This document shows positions 1 through 14,815 of a DNA stretch of 64,000 nt, in pieces. The number at the start of each line of letters is the position of its first letter. The stretch's first letter is position 1. Under the pieces are notes generated by a model, which made no database searches, was not told the DNA's origin, and saw only the letters and a list, made by a program, of their open reading frames with translations. The position numbers and the translations under genes were made by a program. The DNA is from Paramecium tetraurelia (lineage: Eukaryota): NCBI GenBank assembly GCA_000165425.1, contig CT868008.1:372001-436000 (forward strand). The letters run 5' to 3'.

Positions 1-897
1 AGAAGGCATTAAATTAAAAAGAAGAATCATCAGGAGAAGACGAAACTCCGAAATAGGTTCAGAGTGCCTAAATAACAAAAAAAGAACCAAACTAATAAAT
101 AAAGTAATAGTCATCAGGACAATGTATAATTAAATCTCATTCCTTTGTTATTCAAAAGTATATTGAAAAGCCTGCATTAATTAATAAGAGAAAATTTGAT
201 ATCAGAGTCTGGGGTTTGATAACTCATGAATTAGATGCTTACTTCTTTTAAGAAGGGTATATAAGAACATCCTCTGAAGATTTTACATACAATATTGAAA
301 ATACATTTGTCCATTTAACAAATAATGCTATCTAAAAATATTCTCAAAACTATGGTTAATTTGAGGATGGAAATCAATTATCCTTCAAAAACTATTAGGA
401 TTATTTGCAATCACAAAAGATTAATTGCAATGTTTAAGATGTATTTATATATATATAAAGTAGTTAATTAATAAAATGAAGGAAAGAATTTGGATGGTTT
501 TTAATTCAGTAAAGAATAAATTAAACTTTGAAGATAGAAAATACTGTTTTGAAATATTTGGATTTGATTTTATCTTAGATGCTGATTAAGAAGTGTGGTT
601 AATAGAAGTCAATACAAATCCATGCATAGAAGAATCAAGTCCATTGTTAAAAATGTATATTCCTAGAATGCTTGATGATGCATTTAAACTAACTCTTGAT
701 GTTTTATTCCCACCTCCAAATTCTCATAAATAATCACTTCCATAAATATGTATAATTAATATTTCATATAAGATTAATTACCTTAAATAAAGGAGGAGTA
801 GCACTCTGACTATCCGGTAGTTGGCTACTCTAATGATGAAAATATGTGGATGCTATTGGGTTCATTAAACGATCGAAAAAATAAAAAGAAAAAATGA
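1..897 (+). CDS. Tubulin-tyrosine-ligase-like (TTLL) protein, 3' part (glycylase vs glutamylase not resolved)
   Basis: Table-6 translation gives QKYIEKPALINKRKFDIRVW, EGYIRTSS, HLTNNAIQK, FEIFGFDFILD and VWLIEVNTNP. Intron 441-463; TGA 895-897. The 5' end lies outside the window. Confidence 0.92.
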
Positions 898-1290
898 TTA
901 TTTGTTATACTATTTAATTATAATTGCTACTTTTATGTATTTCTACTATCCACTCATTATAATAATGAGGGCAATAGTTTGCAAAATTTCACTTTCTTAA
1001 AAACTTGTTAGAAATTTAATCAACGATGTGTTCTTACTAAAATAAACAATAAATTTAAATTAAGAATCTCAAGATTTATAAAAAAAGTTTGATATAAAAA
1101 ATTCGTAATTTATAATAAAGAAACACCATTTATTTTCTTTTAATTTTGTATTTCCAAAACAGTAACTTCTCTTTACAAATATCATTCTTTTATCTTGTGT
1201 TCCATTTTAAAAGGTTAACCCAAATTTAATTAATACTTTCATTATATTTATAATCATACAAAGAATCCTTTGCATTAAATAAATATTAAG

Positions 1291-2257
1291 ATGATTAAAA
1301 AAACGTCTATTGATAGAAAAGCTATTTATGATCTATTCCAAAACATTGACATGATATATGCTTAAGCATTAATATCGAATTCTTTTCCTTTTATATATGG
1401 CATTCCGGACCAATAATAAATTGAGAGTAGTTTGAACAGAGTGGAAGCTGAATTAATTTAAAATAAAGGAATTTGGACTGAGGCTCAGGATTAATATTTA
1501 AAAATAATAGTCTTTGGAACTTGTTTATAAACTAGAACACGGCCTTTAGATTTGGTAATATAAAGTTTCTTATAAATATAGTCAACATTGTAATGGGATT
1601 AAATCTCTAGAATATTCAAATTTCATAATTGGAAAGCATGCAGGAATCGGTGGCTAAATGAGAAACGCAAAAAAGTTAACTGGACTCCTTAAGAAGATTA
1701 AGTGCTTGTGTAATTGTAATAATTACATCCAAATAAATGGTGCGAAATCGCCATAGAATTAATGAAAATCTGCTAAACTCCATATGTAAGATTGGGAAAA
1801 TAATGTCGAGACAGATGGGTTAATAAGCTTGACCCAAAAATACTAAAGTATGAAAATTTAAAAATAAAATAAAAGTGTACCATGGTATAAGGAAGAAGAA
1901 TTAAAATTATTTTAGGAAGTAAAGAAAAGGGGTAAACGATGGGCGGATATATCAGCTTAAATTTTTAAGTTTAAGAGAACAGAAAATACAATAAAAAATA
2001 GATTTTACAATTTGTTAAAATAAGAGGAAAACAGATAGAGATTAGGTAGAGTACCTAAAGAAGAAAGGGATATCCTATTAATTGATTCGGTCATTGAGAC
2101 ATTAACAAGAGATCTGAATAAATGTGACAAATCGACAAGTCAAAATGAAGCCAATATTGAAAATAAGAATTTTGAATTCTTAGAATTTAATTCTTCAGAC
2201 CTCGATGGATTAGTAATAATAAAACACAAGAAAATATAAAAATTAAATAATCCTTGA
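1291..2257 (+). CDS. Multi-repeat Myb DNA-binding protein
   Basis: Myb repeats WTEAQDQYL, WTPQEDQVL..NKWCEIA..GKQCRDRWVNKLDP and WYKEEELKL..GKRWADIS..RTENTIKNRFY. Two short introns near 1554 and 1848. Confidence 0.9.
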
Positions 2258-2483
2258 ATGTTTTATAATCTATATAGATATAAATTCTTTTAAACTATTC
2301 TACATTTGGAAGTAAATTATTTGTTTATTCAAATCAAATGTTTAACATAAACGAATTTCCTACTCTTTATTATAATCTCATTAATTTAAAAAAACGGGTT
2401 AATTGCAAATTTTTAAATATTAAAATATAATTAATTTCTGTTAATAAGAAAAATATTGGTTTAAATTATAAAAATCAATATGT

Positions 2484-3580
2484 TCATACCTATATTTATT
2501 AGTTAATCTATCTCATCAAATCTAAAAAAATTTGTTCATTTTCGAATTCTCTTATAATTTCTTAAGTAGCACGTTTCAACTTTTCCCTTTATTAATCATT
2601 TTAGTTCTCTGTATTTATTTAGTAAATAAGAAGTGTCTTAAAACAAATGTATATTTTTTTGCAAATCTCTTAATTTGTTTCAGAGCACATAATAAGTTAT
2701 ATCCTCTCAATCAAAGAGGCAAGATTTTCTTCAGGATTATTGATATTGAATTTAATTAAGCATTTAATAATCTTCAATAAAAAATATAGAGTATTAAGAC
2801 TAATTCTATCAATCTCCCTAATTTTAAGCATTTGTTACAGCAAACCATTTAATTCCTTATTTATTATTTAAGATGGGAATTTTAATTAATGATTATTCTA
2901 ATACAATAGTAGAAGTTATAATGGATCATAATTTTATAAAGGAAATGATTTATATAATATATAATAAAGCAAGCACCCAATACTCCAAACATCGCATTTG
3001 GATGAATAAGCAAAATCAAGTTAAACTTCAGGAGCTCTACAAATAAAAGTTCTAAATGAATTATTGAGTTTACCCTATTCGAGACTGTAATTTGGAGAAA
3101 TCTTAGCCATAATATTTGCAGGTTTCGAAATCTATAAGTTTAAATTTTGTTCCATCAAATACAATATTTTGAGGTTTAATGTCTCTATGCATATATTGAT
3201 GTTAGGATAATTATTATAATCCTTTTATAATATCAAGTAAGCAATTTATAATCTAGTTGTTTGTAAAATTCTGATTGTTCTTAAGAAAATCATGCAAATT
3301 CCCTTGTTAATTATACTCTTCCAATACAAATATTTTCTCTATATCCTAATGGTATTCAACTGTATGTATTTATATGCAATTATGAAACTTTTCTCTCTAA
3401 ATTATTGTTAAAATCTTAATCCATTTAAATATTTACATTATAAAGTTCATAGGAAAAGTCATAAATTTTCTTTACAAACTTTTAATTATTAGATATGGAG
3501 TACACTAAAAACACTTTGTGATTAATTTATTTCTCAATCCTATAGTTTTTCTCGATAAAACTTATTGAAACTTGATTCAT
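2484..3580 (-). CDS. Divergent Ser/Thr protein kinase (DFE motif, no Gly-rich loop)
   Basis: FVKK, EEYNQQGNL, HRDIKPQNI, KLIDFET, GTFICRAPE and KCDVWSIG. Short introns; 3' end approximate. Confidence 0.85.
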
Positions 3581-4050
3581 TTTTTCAGTTTATATAATAT
3601 AATTTTATTTGTAAATATGTCATAGATATCGTCATTATTTGCATTCATGATATTTTATAATTCAATTAATCTGATAATTTATAGATCTTTCAGTTAATAA
3701 TAAACTTTATTAAATTTTATTGATAAACTTAATTTTGCCAACTAAATGATTTACTCCAATAAATTTTGGGATGGATTTTGAGAATAATTTCGTATTGATA
3801 CAAACTACAAAGATTTACAATTTAAAAATACATAATTAGTACATGGTAAATTTAATAATAAGTTGAACAAGTATATAAAATAAAATGACATCTATTTACT
3901 ATTCAATTAAGATGAAACACATAGGAAATCAATCTTCATTGCTATGTAAAATCAGTTCACAAATTGAACTGTGTAATTGTTGTTCAATTCTTTGAATAAA
4001 TATTTCTTATACAATTATTATAAATATATATATATATTCTATATACACAT

Positions 4051-6175
4051 ATGACTGACGCAGAGAATTTGAATGACTAATTCGTTATTGAGACTCTCCA
4101 AAATTTGTTGATTGAATACAATGAACCTTATGTAGAAAAAAGAGCTAGAATTTGTGGTTAAAGTGATGATTACTAATGTATAGAACTAAGATTATGATTA
4201 GCCGAGTTTTTTGTTTCCCTTGAGTAGATAACAAAAAATGAGTAAACCATAAAAAATCTAATTGAGTTGTGCATGTTTATTTTAGATAAAGCATAATAAA
4301 GTAATTTTGAAAGGGAAGAGGATATGGCTTAACATGAAGAATAAATCAATCAATTGTAAGAGAAAATTAACTTTGAATCCAAAAACTCAAAGGAGTATCA
4401 AGTAACAAATCCTTATATTCTCTAAGAAAATGTATAAAGAAGAAGCATAAAAAGTTAAAGAGCAACTCTCAGAAATTTAGAAATTAGAATAGAGTGTGCA
4501 GGATTATGCCAACGAATTAGCAATTTTGAATTAAAACTAAAAACATCGTTTAAGTGAATAGAAAGTAAGTGCACTAATCTAATTAGTTTAAAAATGTAGA
4601 ATAGAATGATAATAAAATTATTGAAGACCTAAAGTAATAGATATCGATTTAAAAGGCAGAGAATATTAAGCAAAAAGAAAAAATTGATTATTATAAAAGT
4701 CTATACGACAAGTAAATGACAGAATTAGAGGATGCCTTGAATGAATTAGCAGTTCTAAGAATGGAAAAGATTAAGAACGACTCCAAAGTTAAAGCTTCAG
4801 AATAAGAAATATCTAAGTTAAATCAGATTATAATGGACTATGAATAGAAATCTTAGATTGCTGACCTGAAGATTGGTTAACTTAACAAATAAATATATGA
4901 TTTATAAAATGCTTCTGGATATAAATTTGATGGTGATATTCATGGCTCAATGATATAAAGAAACTCTATTTCAACATCAACATTCTAATAATAAAATTAA
5001 TAGACTGCTTCATTTAATAACAACAATTCAATGGTTAGTAATGCAATCAATAGCAATCTTAAATGTGATTTGCCTGAATTATCGTATAGATAACCCCATC
5101 CATCTCAGTTCAATGAAATCGAAGAGATAAAAGAAGCACCTGAAAATTTAGAATAATCAGCTATGCATTCAAAAAAAAATACTGTTATTCCTCCTGAATT
5201 TGTTTAAAATCAAAATCAATAATATGATATACAAAAATTAGAAGAAAAGCTTTAAAAATTAGCCACTCCTAGATAATTGGTGACTCCAAGAGGTTAAGCT
5301 AATGTCACTCCAAGGAATGTAATTTCAAAAGCAGTTTAAGAATCTTAAGAATTAAGAGCAGCTAAATTGCAAGATAAATTTAAATAAAGTTAAATTAATT
5401 TAACATCCCCTAGAATCTAATTGCCATAGCTCTAAGTTACTAAACTCGACCTTCAAAAATAAGAAGATTCTTAATGGAAATTATAATAATAGGAACCACA
5501 ACCAATTACAATTAGAAATGAAATTGACATAGGCTCTATTGTAGATGATGATTACGAAACCTATTTTTATGAAGAAAAAGTGAAAGCTCCTTAAGCAAAA
5601 AAACAATTCAAATTACCTCTTTTATCTATAGGAGCAAACGGTGGAAATTAGTAGACTTAAGAAGGATCTAATTAGCAAGCTTCGCAACTGCAATAAACTT
5701 AAATAGCTCAATAAACTCAATAATAATAATAAGCTTAATAATCTTAATAATAATAAAATTAACAAGGAGTACAATAATAACAAAATTAATCAAAGTTGAT
5801 TAGTGCTCCCCATTAAATGTATAAAGAAATTTATTAGGCAAATGAAGCTTACTTCTTAAATATGAAATAGGATTAAATTAAGATTACAACTCAAATTGAT
5901 AGAGGACTTAGACAAAGCATGATCTAAACAGGAATAGGAGGGGGAAAACCTACAAATAAGAGAGATCCATATAGAGAGTTCTTTGATTTGGTAAGATTAA
6001 CAAATATTTATAGTTATGCTAATGTGTAAAATTGAATTCAGATTATTTTGATGACATAGTCTATATCGATACTTAAAATTACTATTAGGAATGTAAGGCA
6101 TCAGGGAAACCATTTAATGAATGGGAAGACTGGATCAGAAGTAGATTAGAATCGCAGGTTGACTTTTCAGATTGA
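4051..6175 (+). CDS. Coiled-coil, Gln-rich protein of unknown function
   Basis: Long table-6 reading frame with several short introns, E/K/Q heptad-like composition and a poly-Gln tract near 5650-5790. TGA 6173-6175. Confidence 0.75.
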
Positions 6176-6199
6176 GCATAATATTTATTCATAAAGAAA

Positions 6200-7772
6200 T
6201 CATTCATTTTCATATAATTTTTTGGCTAAAATACCCCCATATTTTTTCTTTTCTAATTCTTATTATTGATATTCCTCTGGAGTTAATGGCTTCTTTTATT
6301 TTTGATTTTTGTTCTCTCCCTTAGGAATATCTTTAGGATCAATCATAAACATCTCCTCAATTTTTCTATCCAATTCTACATCATTTAAATTACGCTCTAG
6401 AACTTCACCTTCATCTTCATCTACAACCTCAGATTTATCTAGTTTTTAAGAGTTCATCAGATCATTTTCTCTCTCTTTTTCAATCCTTTCCTTTATTTTT
6501 GGATTCATCATTATGATTTCAAGATATTTTTATTCATCAAATGAGTATTGATTTAGCGTAATATCTTTGCTATATTTGACCACATCCTCATAGATTGTAC
6601 AAAACTTTTAGAAGATAGAAATCATAGATTCCAAAAAATCCATATTGATTCCTTAGAGATTCTTCATCCAAGCATTATTCCAGTCGGTTTCAACTGTCAC
6701 TGACTCCCAGAGAGTTCTCAAACGTACAGGTCCCATGTAAACTATGTTATCAATAGTTAGCACTATGCCGAGGAGGACTTAGAGCAAAGACATCTCCTTA
6801 ATTTCGTATAGTGTATGATCGTAAACAAGTTATTTGAATTCATTTAAACATTCAATTCTAAAGAGAAAAAACAATAAATTTATTTAAATACTTCTAATCT
6901 TTTGTCTCATAAAGAGGATCCAATTAGGCTTGCATGATTGATTTCATCTCTAAAAATACTTTATTTAAAAACTCTTCAACATTCGTATAGTAACTGGGTG
7001 GTCTCTCAAATGAGTAACTATCCAACCCATAAATATATTCATAATCAAAAGATAGATTATCAATATCATGCAAATCCTTTGTTGTATCAGTGTATCTAGG
7101 TTCTGTTCTGACAATCATATGTTCTGAGTTTCCACTATTTTTCCAGATCTCTAATGGGAATCTACTTGGATTATTGATGAAAATATCTAAACCCATAAGA
7201 AATCCAACTTTAATTAATCGATGTCTGCTTTGTGGGTCATAAAAGTTAAATATTTTTCCAGCCCTTGCCTTTCCCATATATGATAGTGTGATTCCAGGCA
7301 AATACTCTTAGATCTCTAAATAAGGATTCTCAAGTCGATTTGTTATTTTTTAATGCAATTATTTTAGCATAAATGTTGCTCTTTATAATTCCTTAGTCAG
7401 AACTTTGAATTCACTTGAGTCCCATCTAACAATTCTCTTATTTGGAACTGGGATTCCTAACACAATTGCTAATTATGAAAAGAAGTATCCTTAAGCAATA
7501 TTCGGGTACCCTTTTACAACTACAGATCCTTCATTAGTTTCCACAAATATGGCTCCTTTGTCTAAAGAATCACTTAATGCTATTGCCCTTAAATCGCTCC
7601 AAACAATTTTTTTGGTTAAAGTTTTGCTTGCAAAGTTAAATTCCTTTAAATTATAATCTAATGGGATATCACTCTTTCTGTCATCCTAACCTGGGCCTGG
7701 TCTCCTTAATGGGTATGGTGCATAATCAGGATGCTCCATTTTTCTTTTAGGTTTAGTAAATTAAGAAATCAT
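6200..7772 (-). CDS. Actin-fragmin kinase (AFK)-like protein, probable pseudokinase
   Basis: GAIFVETNEGSVVVKG, LAIVLGIPVPNKRIV, QEYLPG, LDIFINNPSRFPLEIWKNSGNSEHM and IYGLDS follow the AFK motif order. One 34-nt intron (6858-6891) restores the frame. Confidence 0.75.
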
Positions 7773-7824
7773 AGAAAAAATAATATATTTTATGCAAATA
7801 AAAATTACAAATTAAATATGATAA

Positions 7825-9198
<1,374 letters not shown>

Positions 9199-9442
9199 TT
9201 ATATAAAATAATGAAATTTAGTATATAATCCAAATTAAAATTTGAAAAAGATAGTAATAATCATCTCTTCATTTTTCAGAATAACTAATGATCATAGTAA
9301 TAAACGAAGCCAGTTAAATTATCAACTGTTAAAAATTGCTAAACGATATGAAATTAATAGATATTATAATAAAGACTAAAAACCGAAAAATATAAATAAA
9401 TAAATTTTAATTACAAACATAATTAAAATATTTATCATAATT

Positions 9443-10008
9443 ATGCAGGAAAAATAAAATGAATTATTTGAAATCCTATAAAAATAAGCTGAAGAGAGGA
9501 AGTTATTCAAAAAACAAGAAATGATTTCACTAAAGAAATAAAAAATAGCAGAAATTAAATAAGACAAAAAAAAAATTGTAAATAATGCAATTTACTATTA
9601 TTTGGATAGACTGATGGTCTAGCTAAACATCCTTATTCATTTTAACCAGGCAAAGGAGTTGGATAATATTTTTAGAAAAGTGACTTCCTCTTACCTAAAT
9701 CACAAAAATAAGGTTTGGAAAGAATTCAAAGTGCATGGCTGCCTACATACAGTCATTCTCGTTTAATTAGTGCTACACCCTTTGATACAGAGCCATTTCC
9801 TCGTCCTCCATCAGTCAAAGAGAAGGTTTGGAGGCCATTTTCATCTTAACCGAATAAGCTGAACTTGATATAATTAGTACCTCATAGTCCAAAAGACAAT
9901 GCATTAACACCCAAAAAGAACTCGTTGGCTTTTGATTCAGGTGAGAAGCTAATTCCTATGAAACCCATCCTTCCAACCAGAAGAATATTCAGTGCATTTC
10001 CAAAATGA
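9443..10008 (+). CDS. Hypothetical protein
   Basis: ATG 9443, one inferred intron (~9578-9609), Pro-rich frame (PFPRPPSVKEKVWRPF) to TGA 10006-10008. Confidence 0.55.
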
Positions 10009-10136
10009 TAGAACTCAATTTACAATATCTAACTACAAACTTAAATCAAACATAATCAAACTATTGAAATCTTAGATTAATAAGTTATAATTATAAGTAG
10101 AGCAACATAAATATCAAAAATAGACTTTAATCAAAA

Positions 10137-10821
10137 TCAAGATAGTAGAAATGAATTTGTTCTCCTTTGTTATTCCAGCATTTAAAATTGCATTTTACAT
10201 TTCTGTCTGTGCACAATTTGCTGTTCTAACTTAGCAAGTTCTTCATTTTCTGCCATTCTTTTTGCCAAAAATAAATATTCTTATTCTTTAGATTTTAGTT
10301 TTTCTTATTCTAAATGTCTTCTTTCACTTTACTGGTTTCGAAACAATTCAGCTTCCTTATAAAACTGTCTCTTTCTATCAGTTTCCAAATTCTCTCTCAA
10401 TAAAATTGCTTATTAAATTTTAGAGACTTCCAGTTATCTTTATTTCTCTTCCAATTCTAATTGTTTCCGCTTTTTTTACAAAATCTATATGAATGCTTCA
10501 TTCTATTTCTCATCCATCAACCATTTGTTTCTTAGATTATTATAATGAAACTCTGTCATCTATGATCTAACATTAGTTATAATGTCTATACATGTTATCT
10601 TTGTTTGTGATGTTTGACACTTCAACAAATGAACTTTTACTTTAGTCTGTTTTGATTTTTGTGGATAAAAATTTAGATGGATCCACACTCCTATTCACTT
10701 TTTTTAAGTCCTTTTTTACACTAGATCTGAGCATGAAAAAATTGTGATAGGCTTTCCTCAGAAATATTTATTGAATTGAATTTTTTTATCCATACTTCTA
10801 TATGAATAGATCCTTATCCAT
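10137..10821 (-). CDS. Hypothetical coiled-coil protein
   Basis: E/K/R/Q-rich frame (ENEELAKLEQQIVHRQK) ending at a TGA at 10137. The 5' exon structure is uncertain. Confidence 0.6.
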
Positions 10822-10875
10822 GGTTATTAATAAATAATGAATAAATAAAAATATTGGGAAATCAATAAACAAAAT

Positions 10876-12329
10876 TCAATGATGATCCTTATATTTAGAG
10901 CCTACTACAAAGTTTCTAACATATAGACAAGGTGAATCATCTTGATTTGGTGTATAATCATCGTCACAGTCATTCTCTAAAGACTAGACTTAAACATCAA
11001 TAAATTATTTATAAGAGGCGAGATTTCTATTTGATCCCTCATAATGATTCATTTTAGAGGTGTTAAAGGAAACTATAGTTCCTCCAGGACTAGAAGCTCC
11101 TTCAAGAATTGTAGAGTTTCTTTTGGGAACTTCCAAATATATGATATTTCTCCGACTATTATCTAATCTACCATTTATAAATTTAGTTTCTTATTGTGTC
11201 ACTTTACACATCGAATTTTACAAACCAGGATATATATCAATTAAATCATCAAATTAATTTGTATTTGACTAGACATCAATTGAGACACTCATATTGTTCT
11301 TCTCCGAAAAAAGACCTTGTATTTTCTCCCAATCAAATTTAGAATCTATATTTAAATCATCTTAAAGGAGCTTCTTCAAACCAGCATAATCTGGAGTCTG
11401 TTGAAATTCGTATGACATTGATACTTTCAGCAACTTTACTAGGGACTTAATAAATTATTGATTAATACTTTAGGTAATAAGTCATTTAATTTATCCAAAG
11501 AATTGTTTTATTTCATTTGTAGTATTTTCTTATATTTATCTTCTTTGTTAACTACTTAAATATTTTACCAAGGCAACTCCCCCAAATAGAAATAAATGAG
11601 TACATAAGCTAATGATTCGATATCATCTCTTCTGGATTACTCATTTCCTAATAGCTATATCTATTGTATATATAACCTATTAATGCATTCACACTAGCAT
11701 ATCTAGCTGTACCAATCAATCCTTTGTTACTCGTAAAGGGAATATGCTTCCCATTGCTGTCTCGATAATACTTAGATAATCCGAAATCAATAACGAAAAT
11801 TTGAGTACTATCTTGCCGACCAATCGTAAAATTTTCTGGTTTGATGTCTCTATGAATTAGGTTTTTTTCATGAAATGCTACTATTTTTAAATTTTAATAC
11901 CTTAAACCCTATCTAACAATTATAGACCAATCTTCAATACAGTATTTTAGCTAAACTTTCCATTGCATTTTCTCATTAGTTACTCTAGATTCATTCCTAA
12001 ATAAGATTCCATAAAGAAGTTGTAATGGTCATCTCGACCATAGAATTTTAATTATGGAAAACCTTTAAATTTAATAAAATAATACCTTTCAAACCTTTTA
12101 CATCTTATAAAACTTTGATTTCTCTAATTAGCAAACTTACACCTTTTTGACTTTCGTCCCTCTTCTCAAATTTAGTTGCTATCAATTCCCCATTTTTGAG
12201 GTTTTAAGTTTTAAAGACCATTCCAAAAGATCCTGCACCAATTTTCTCCAACAATTTATATTTGCCTGCAATAACTGTTCCAGGATTTAATTTTTTGGAA
12301 AACATCTTGCTATTGTCTCCATCATTCAT
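10876..12329 (-). CDS. Casein kinase 1 family protein kinase
   Basis: KIGAGSFG, HRDIKPENF, IDFGLSK, HIPFTSNKGLIGTARYASVNA and [24 protein letters not shown]. The last exon is inferred. Confidence 0.93.
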
Positions 12330-12734
12330 TTGATTTGATTATTAATAATTATGAAATTCGGGCAAATATTAATTAGAATATTTATTTTTTCTATGATTGT
12401 TTTATCTATCAAACAAGATTAAAGAATAAGTTAATCGAAATTACAGTAATTTTGTCATCATTTAAACATCAAATGCATTTAAAATTCTGTATCCCAATTT
12501 AGTATCAAAATAGCTACATCATAAATAATTGACTTATATATATAATAATTTTAAATGTTACTCATTTAGATTTTGAGGGCTAGATGTTCATGAAAATGTA
12601 GCAAAATCAAAATAAGGAATATAAGAGAAACTTGGGCACCAATCATAGAGATTTTTGATAGAAATTAAATATCATATTATATGTATTGAATTAGACTTTA
12701 ATACTCAATATTTATTATTAAACTCTTCAATTCA

Positions 12735-13570
12735 ATGTAAACAAGGGACGAAGAAAAACACCCAATCGTCGATAGTAGCTTACATATAAAAGAAGCAGAT
12801 GTAGTAGATTCTTCTTTGACCAGTAGATTAGGATTCATTAGAAAAGTACGTTTTTAGACTTATGAATTTAGGTGTATTCTATCTTATCCTTACAATTACT
12901 ATTTACAGCATTGCTAACTATATGGTGTATAACATAAGAACCCGTGAAGAATTTTGTAGTACAATAAATAATTCTTTTTGTCCTTGCTGCCATAACTGCT
13001 ATAGTTTTGATGTGTGTTCTCCTTTGTTGCAAGGCCAATGCAAGAAAAGCACCAAAAAACTATATTTTATTGAGTCTTTTCACCTTCTGTGAAGCATATG
13101 TAGTCGCCTTCATTTGCTGCTCAACTGCCACTGAAAATTCAAATGGAAGTATTAGATGAATAATTACATTAGTCGAGATAATAGTTATTGCCTTATCTAT
13201 GACAGTCCTAATGACAATGGGATTAACACTGTATGCATGCACAACAAAAGAGGATTTTACAATTTGCACAGGACTCCTTTGGTCTTTAGCTATATGTTTA
13301 ATAATGCTTTTTATTTTCTCTCTGATATATCCAAGCCGCTTGTTGTCAATCATATATTCAATTTTTGCGATATTCTTGTACTCCATTTACATTATTGTTG
13401 ACACCCAATTAATAGTTGGTTCCAAGGTATTAATTTTATAGATTATTTTACAGAGACACTCTTTACAAAAGGATGACTACATTATTGGGGCCCTCATTTT
13501 GTATATCGACATAATAATACTATTTTTGGAATTAGTAAAACTAATAGCTTAGCTAACAGGAAAGCATTGA
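12735..13570 (+). CDS. Bax inhibitor-1 / Lifeguard (TMBIM) family membrane protein
   Basis: RLGFIRKVYSILSLQL, LTLYACTTKEDFT, YIIVDTQLIVG and DDYIIGALILYIDIIILF. Multiple hydrophobic helices; three short introns. Confidence 0.92.
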
Positions 13571-13647
13571 GAAGAAATAAATGAATAATCATTACATAAA
13601 CAATAAAATTATAAAATCTTCTTATTTAAGAAATTGAAACTAAAAAC

Positions 13648-14815
13648 TCATGGTTTTCTTAATTCTACTACCCATAAACATAAGTCAGTGACTTTTTACA
13701 CAAAGACAGCCTCTTTTTAAATTCCTATTTTGCTTTCTGTCTGAAAATTCGATTAGGATAAGTAAAGGTTTTTCGTACTATGTTTGATTAAGAATGGGTG
13801 ATTGACTTGCAGAGGTTGATTATCGAATTCTAAATTAAATAATATTATTTTATACTTTCAAATAGAAATCCTATATTTGTGCTGCACTCAGACCCATAAA
13901 CTTAATATCCTGATTGGCTGTATGATTATCTATTTGAGCATGAAAGAAACTTTTGAGTTTAATTATGTCGAAGCACAATTTCATCGTTTTTTCTAAATAT
14001 TCCATCATCTCTTTCTTTTAGGTTGGATTTTGTAATAATCCAAAAGTCATTGTCTATTATTTAATATTAAATATAGTACAATCTCTTGGATAACTGAAGA
14101 GAGAGATTTCTTATAATTTCGTTGATTTATAGCATGTTGTATGAGAATGTAGGGTCCATCCTGTCAAAAGATTCCTAATTATTATGATGTCTCCGTTGTA
14201 TATTTTAATTTATTCATAAGTTTGAACCTTGTGAATAAAGTTCTTGATTAAGTTCTCTTGAACAGGAAGGATTTCCCATAAAGTATTGTTATCACAATCC
14301 TTAACTCCTGAAACTTCATTATATTGCGATAGATTTTAGGATTTATAAGGAACTATATGAGAATGCAAACTATATCCATTATCAATAGATGTAAATCTAA
14401 CTTATTTTTAAGCTATAGAAGTGTCAATAGAGTCGCTATTATTAGTTAATATATTATTCTTAGGTTGGATAACAAAATAGTGTTTATCTTAACTGAGACA
14501 TACATAACCCTGTTAGGTAACTTCTGATTATTTAGATGGGTTTAGATTCACATATTATTGTTATCCATAGTTTTGTATCGATACAATACTCCCTAGTTCT
14601 AAATTATTATCAGTGGGCAGGTATTTTTCAATAATGAAGTAAGTATAGAAGTCATCCTCTTTCGGAGTGGTTCCCAAATAGTAATCTTAAAGCTCTTTAC
14701 TCCTTAAAAAGCCTTTAATTACAACAAAATGAATGGTTCCCTTTAAATATTATTTCGTAGTCACATGTCTTAATTAAATCAACGTTCCTTATTTTAATTG
14801 GGAAGTTTAATCCAT
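13648..14815 (-). CDS. Tandem MIR-motif (beta-trefoil) protein
   Basis: Repeated MIR-like units: GTLIQLRHVTTKQYL, GYSLHSH..NEVSG..DNNTLWEI, GDIIIIRNLLTGWTLHSH..QEISLF..DNDFWII and DEIVLRHNQTQKFL. Confidence 0.8.

Noticed and set aside
2532..2759. ORF-track entries such as 2532+, 8743+, 11060+, 13060-, 24156+, 28353-, 37134-, 38929+, 42585-, 46928-, 49572-, 50935-, 51346- and 62112+
   Set aside because: They are antisense shadows of real table-6 genes on the opposite strand and carry no motifs of their own.
5650..5790. (TAA/CAA)n-like repeat resembling a microsatellite or stop-codon run
   Set aside because: It is an in-frame poly-Gln tract inside the 4051-6175 CDS under the ciliate code.
6858..6891. 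Apparent frameshift in the AFK-like gene
   Set aside because: Explained by a 34-nt GT..TAG intron that restores the frame.
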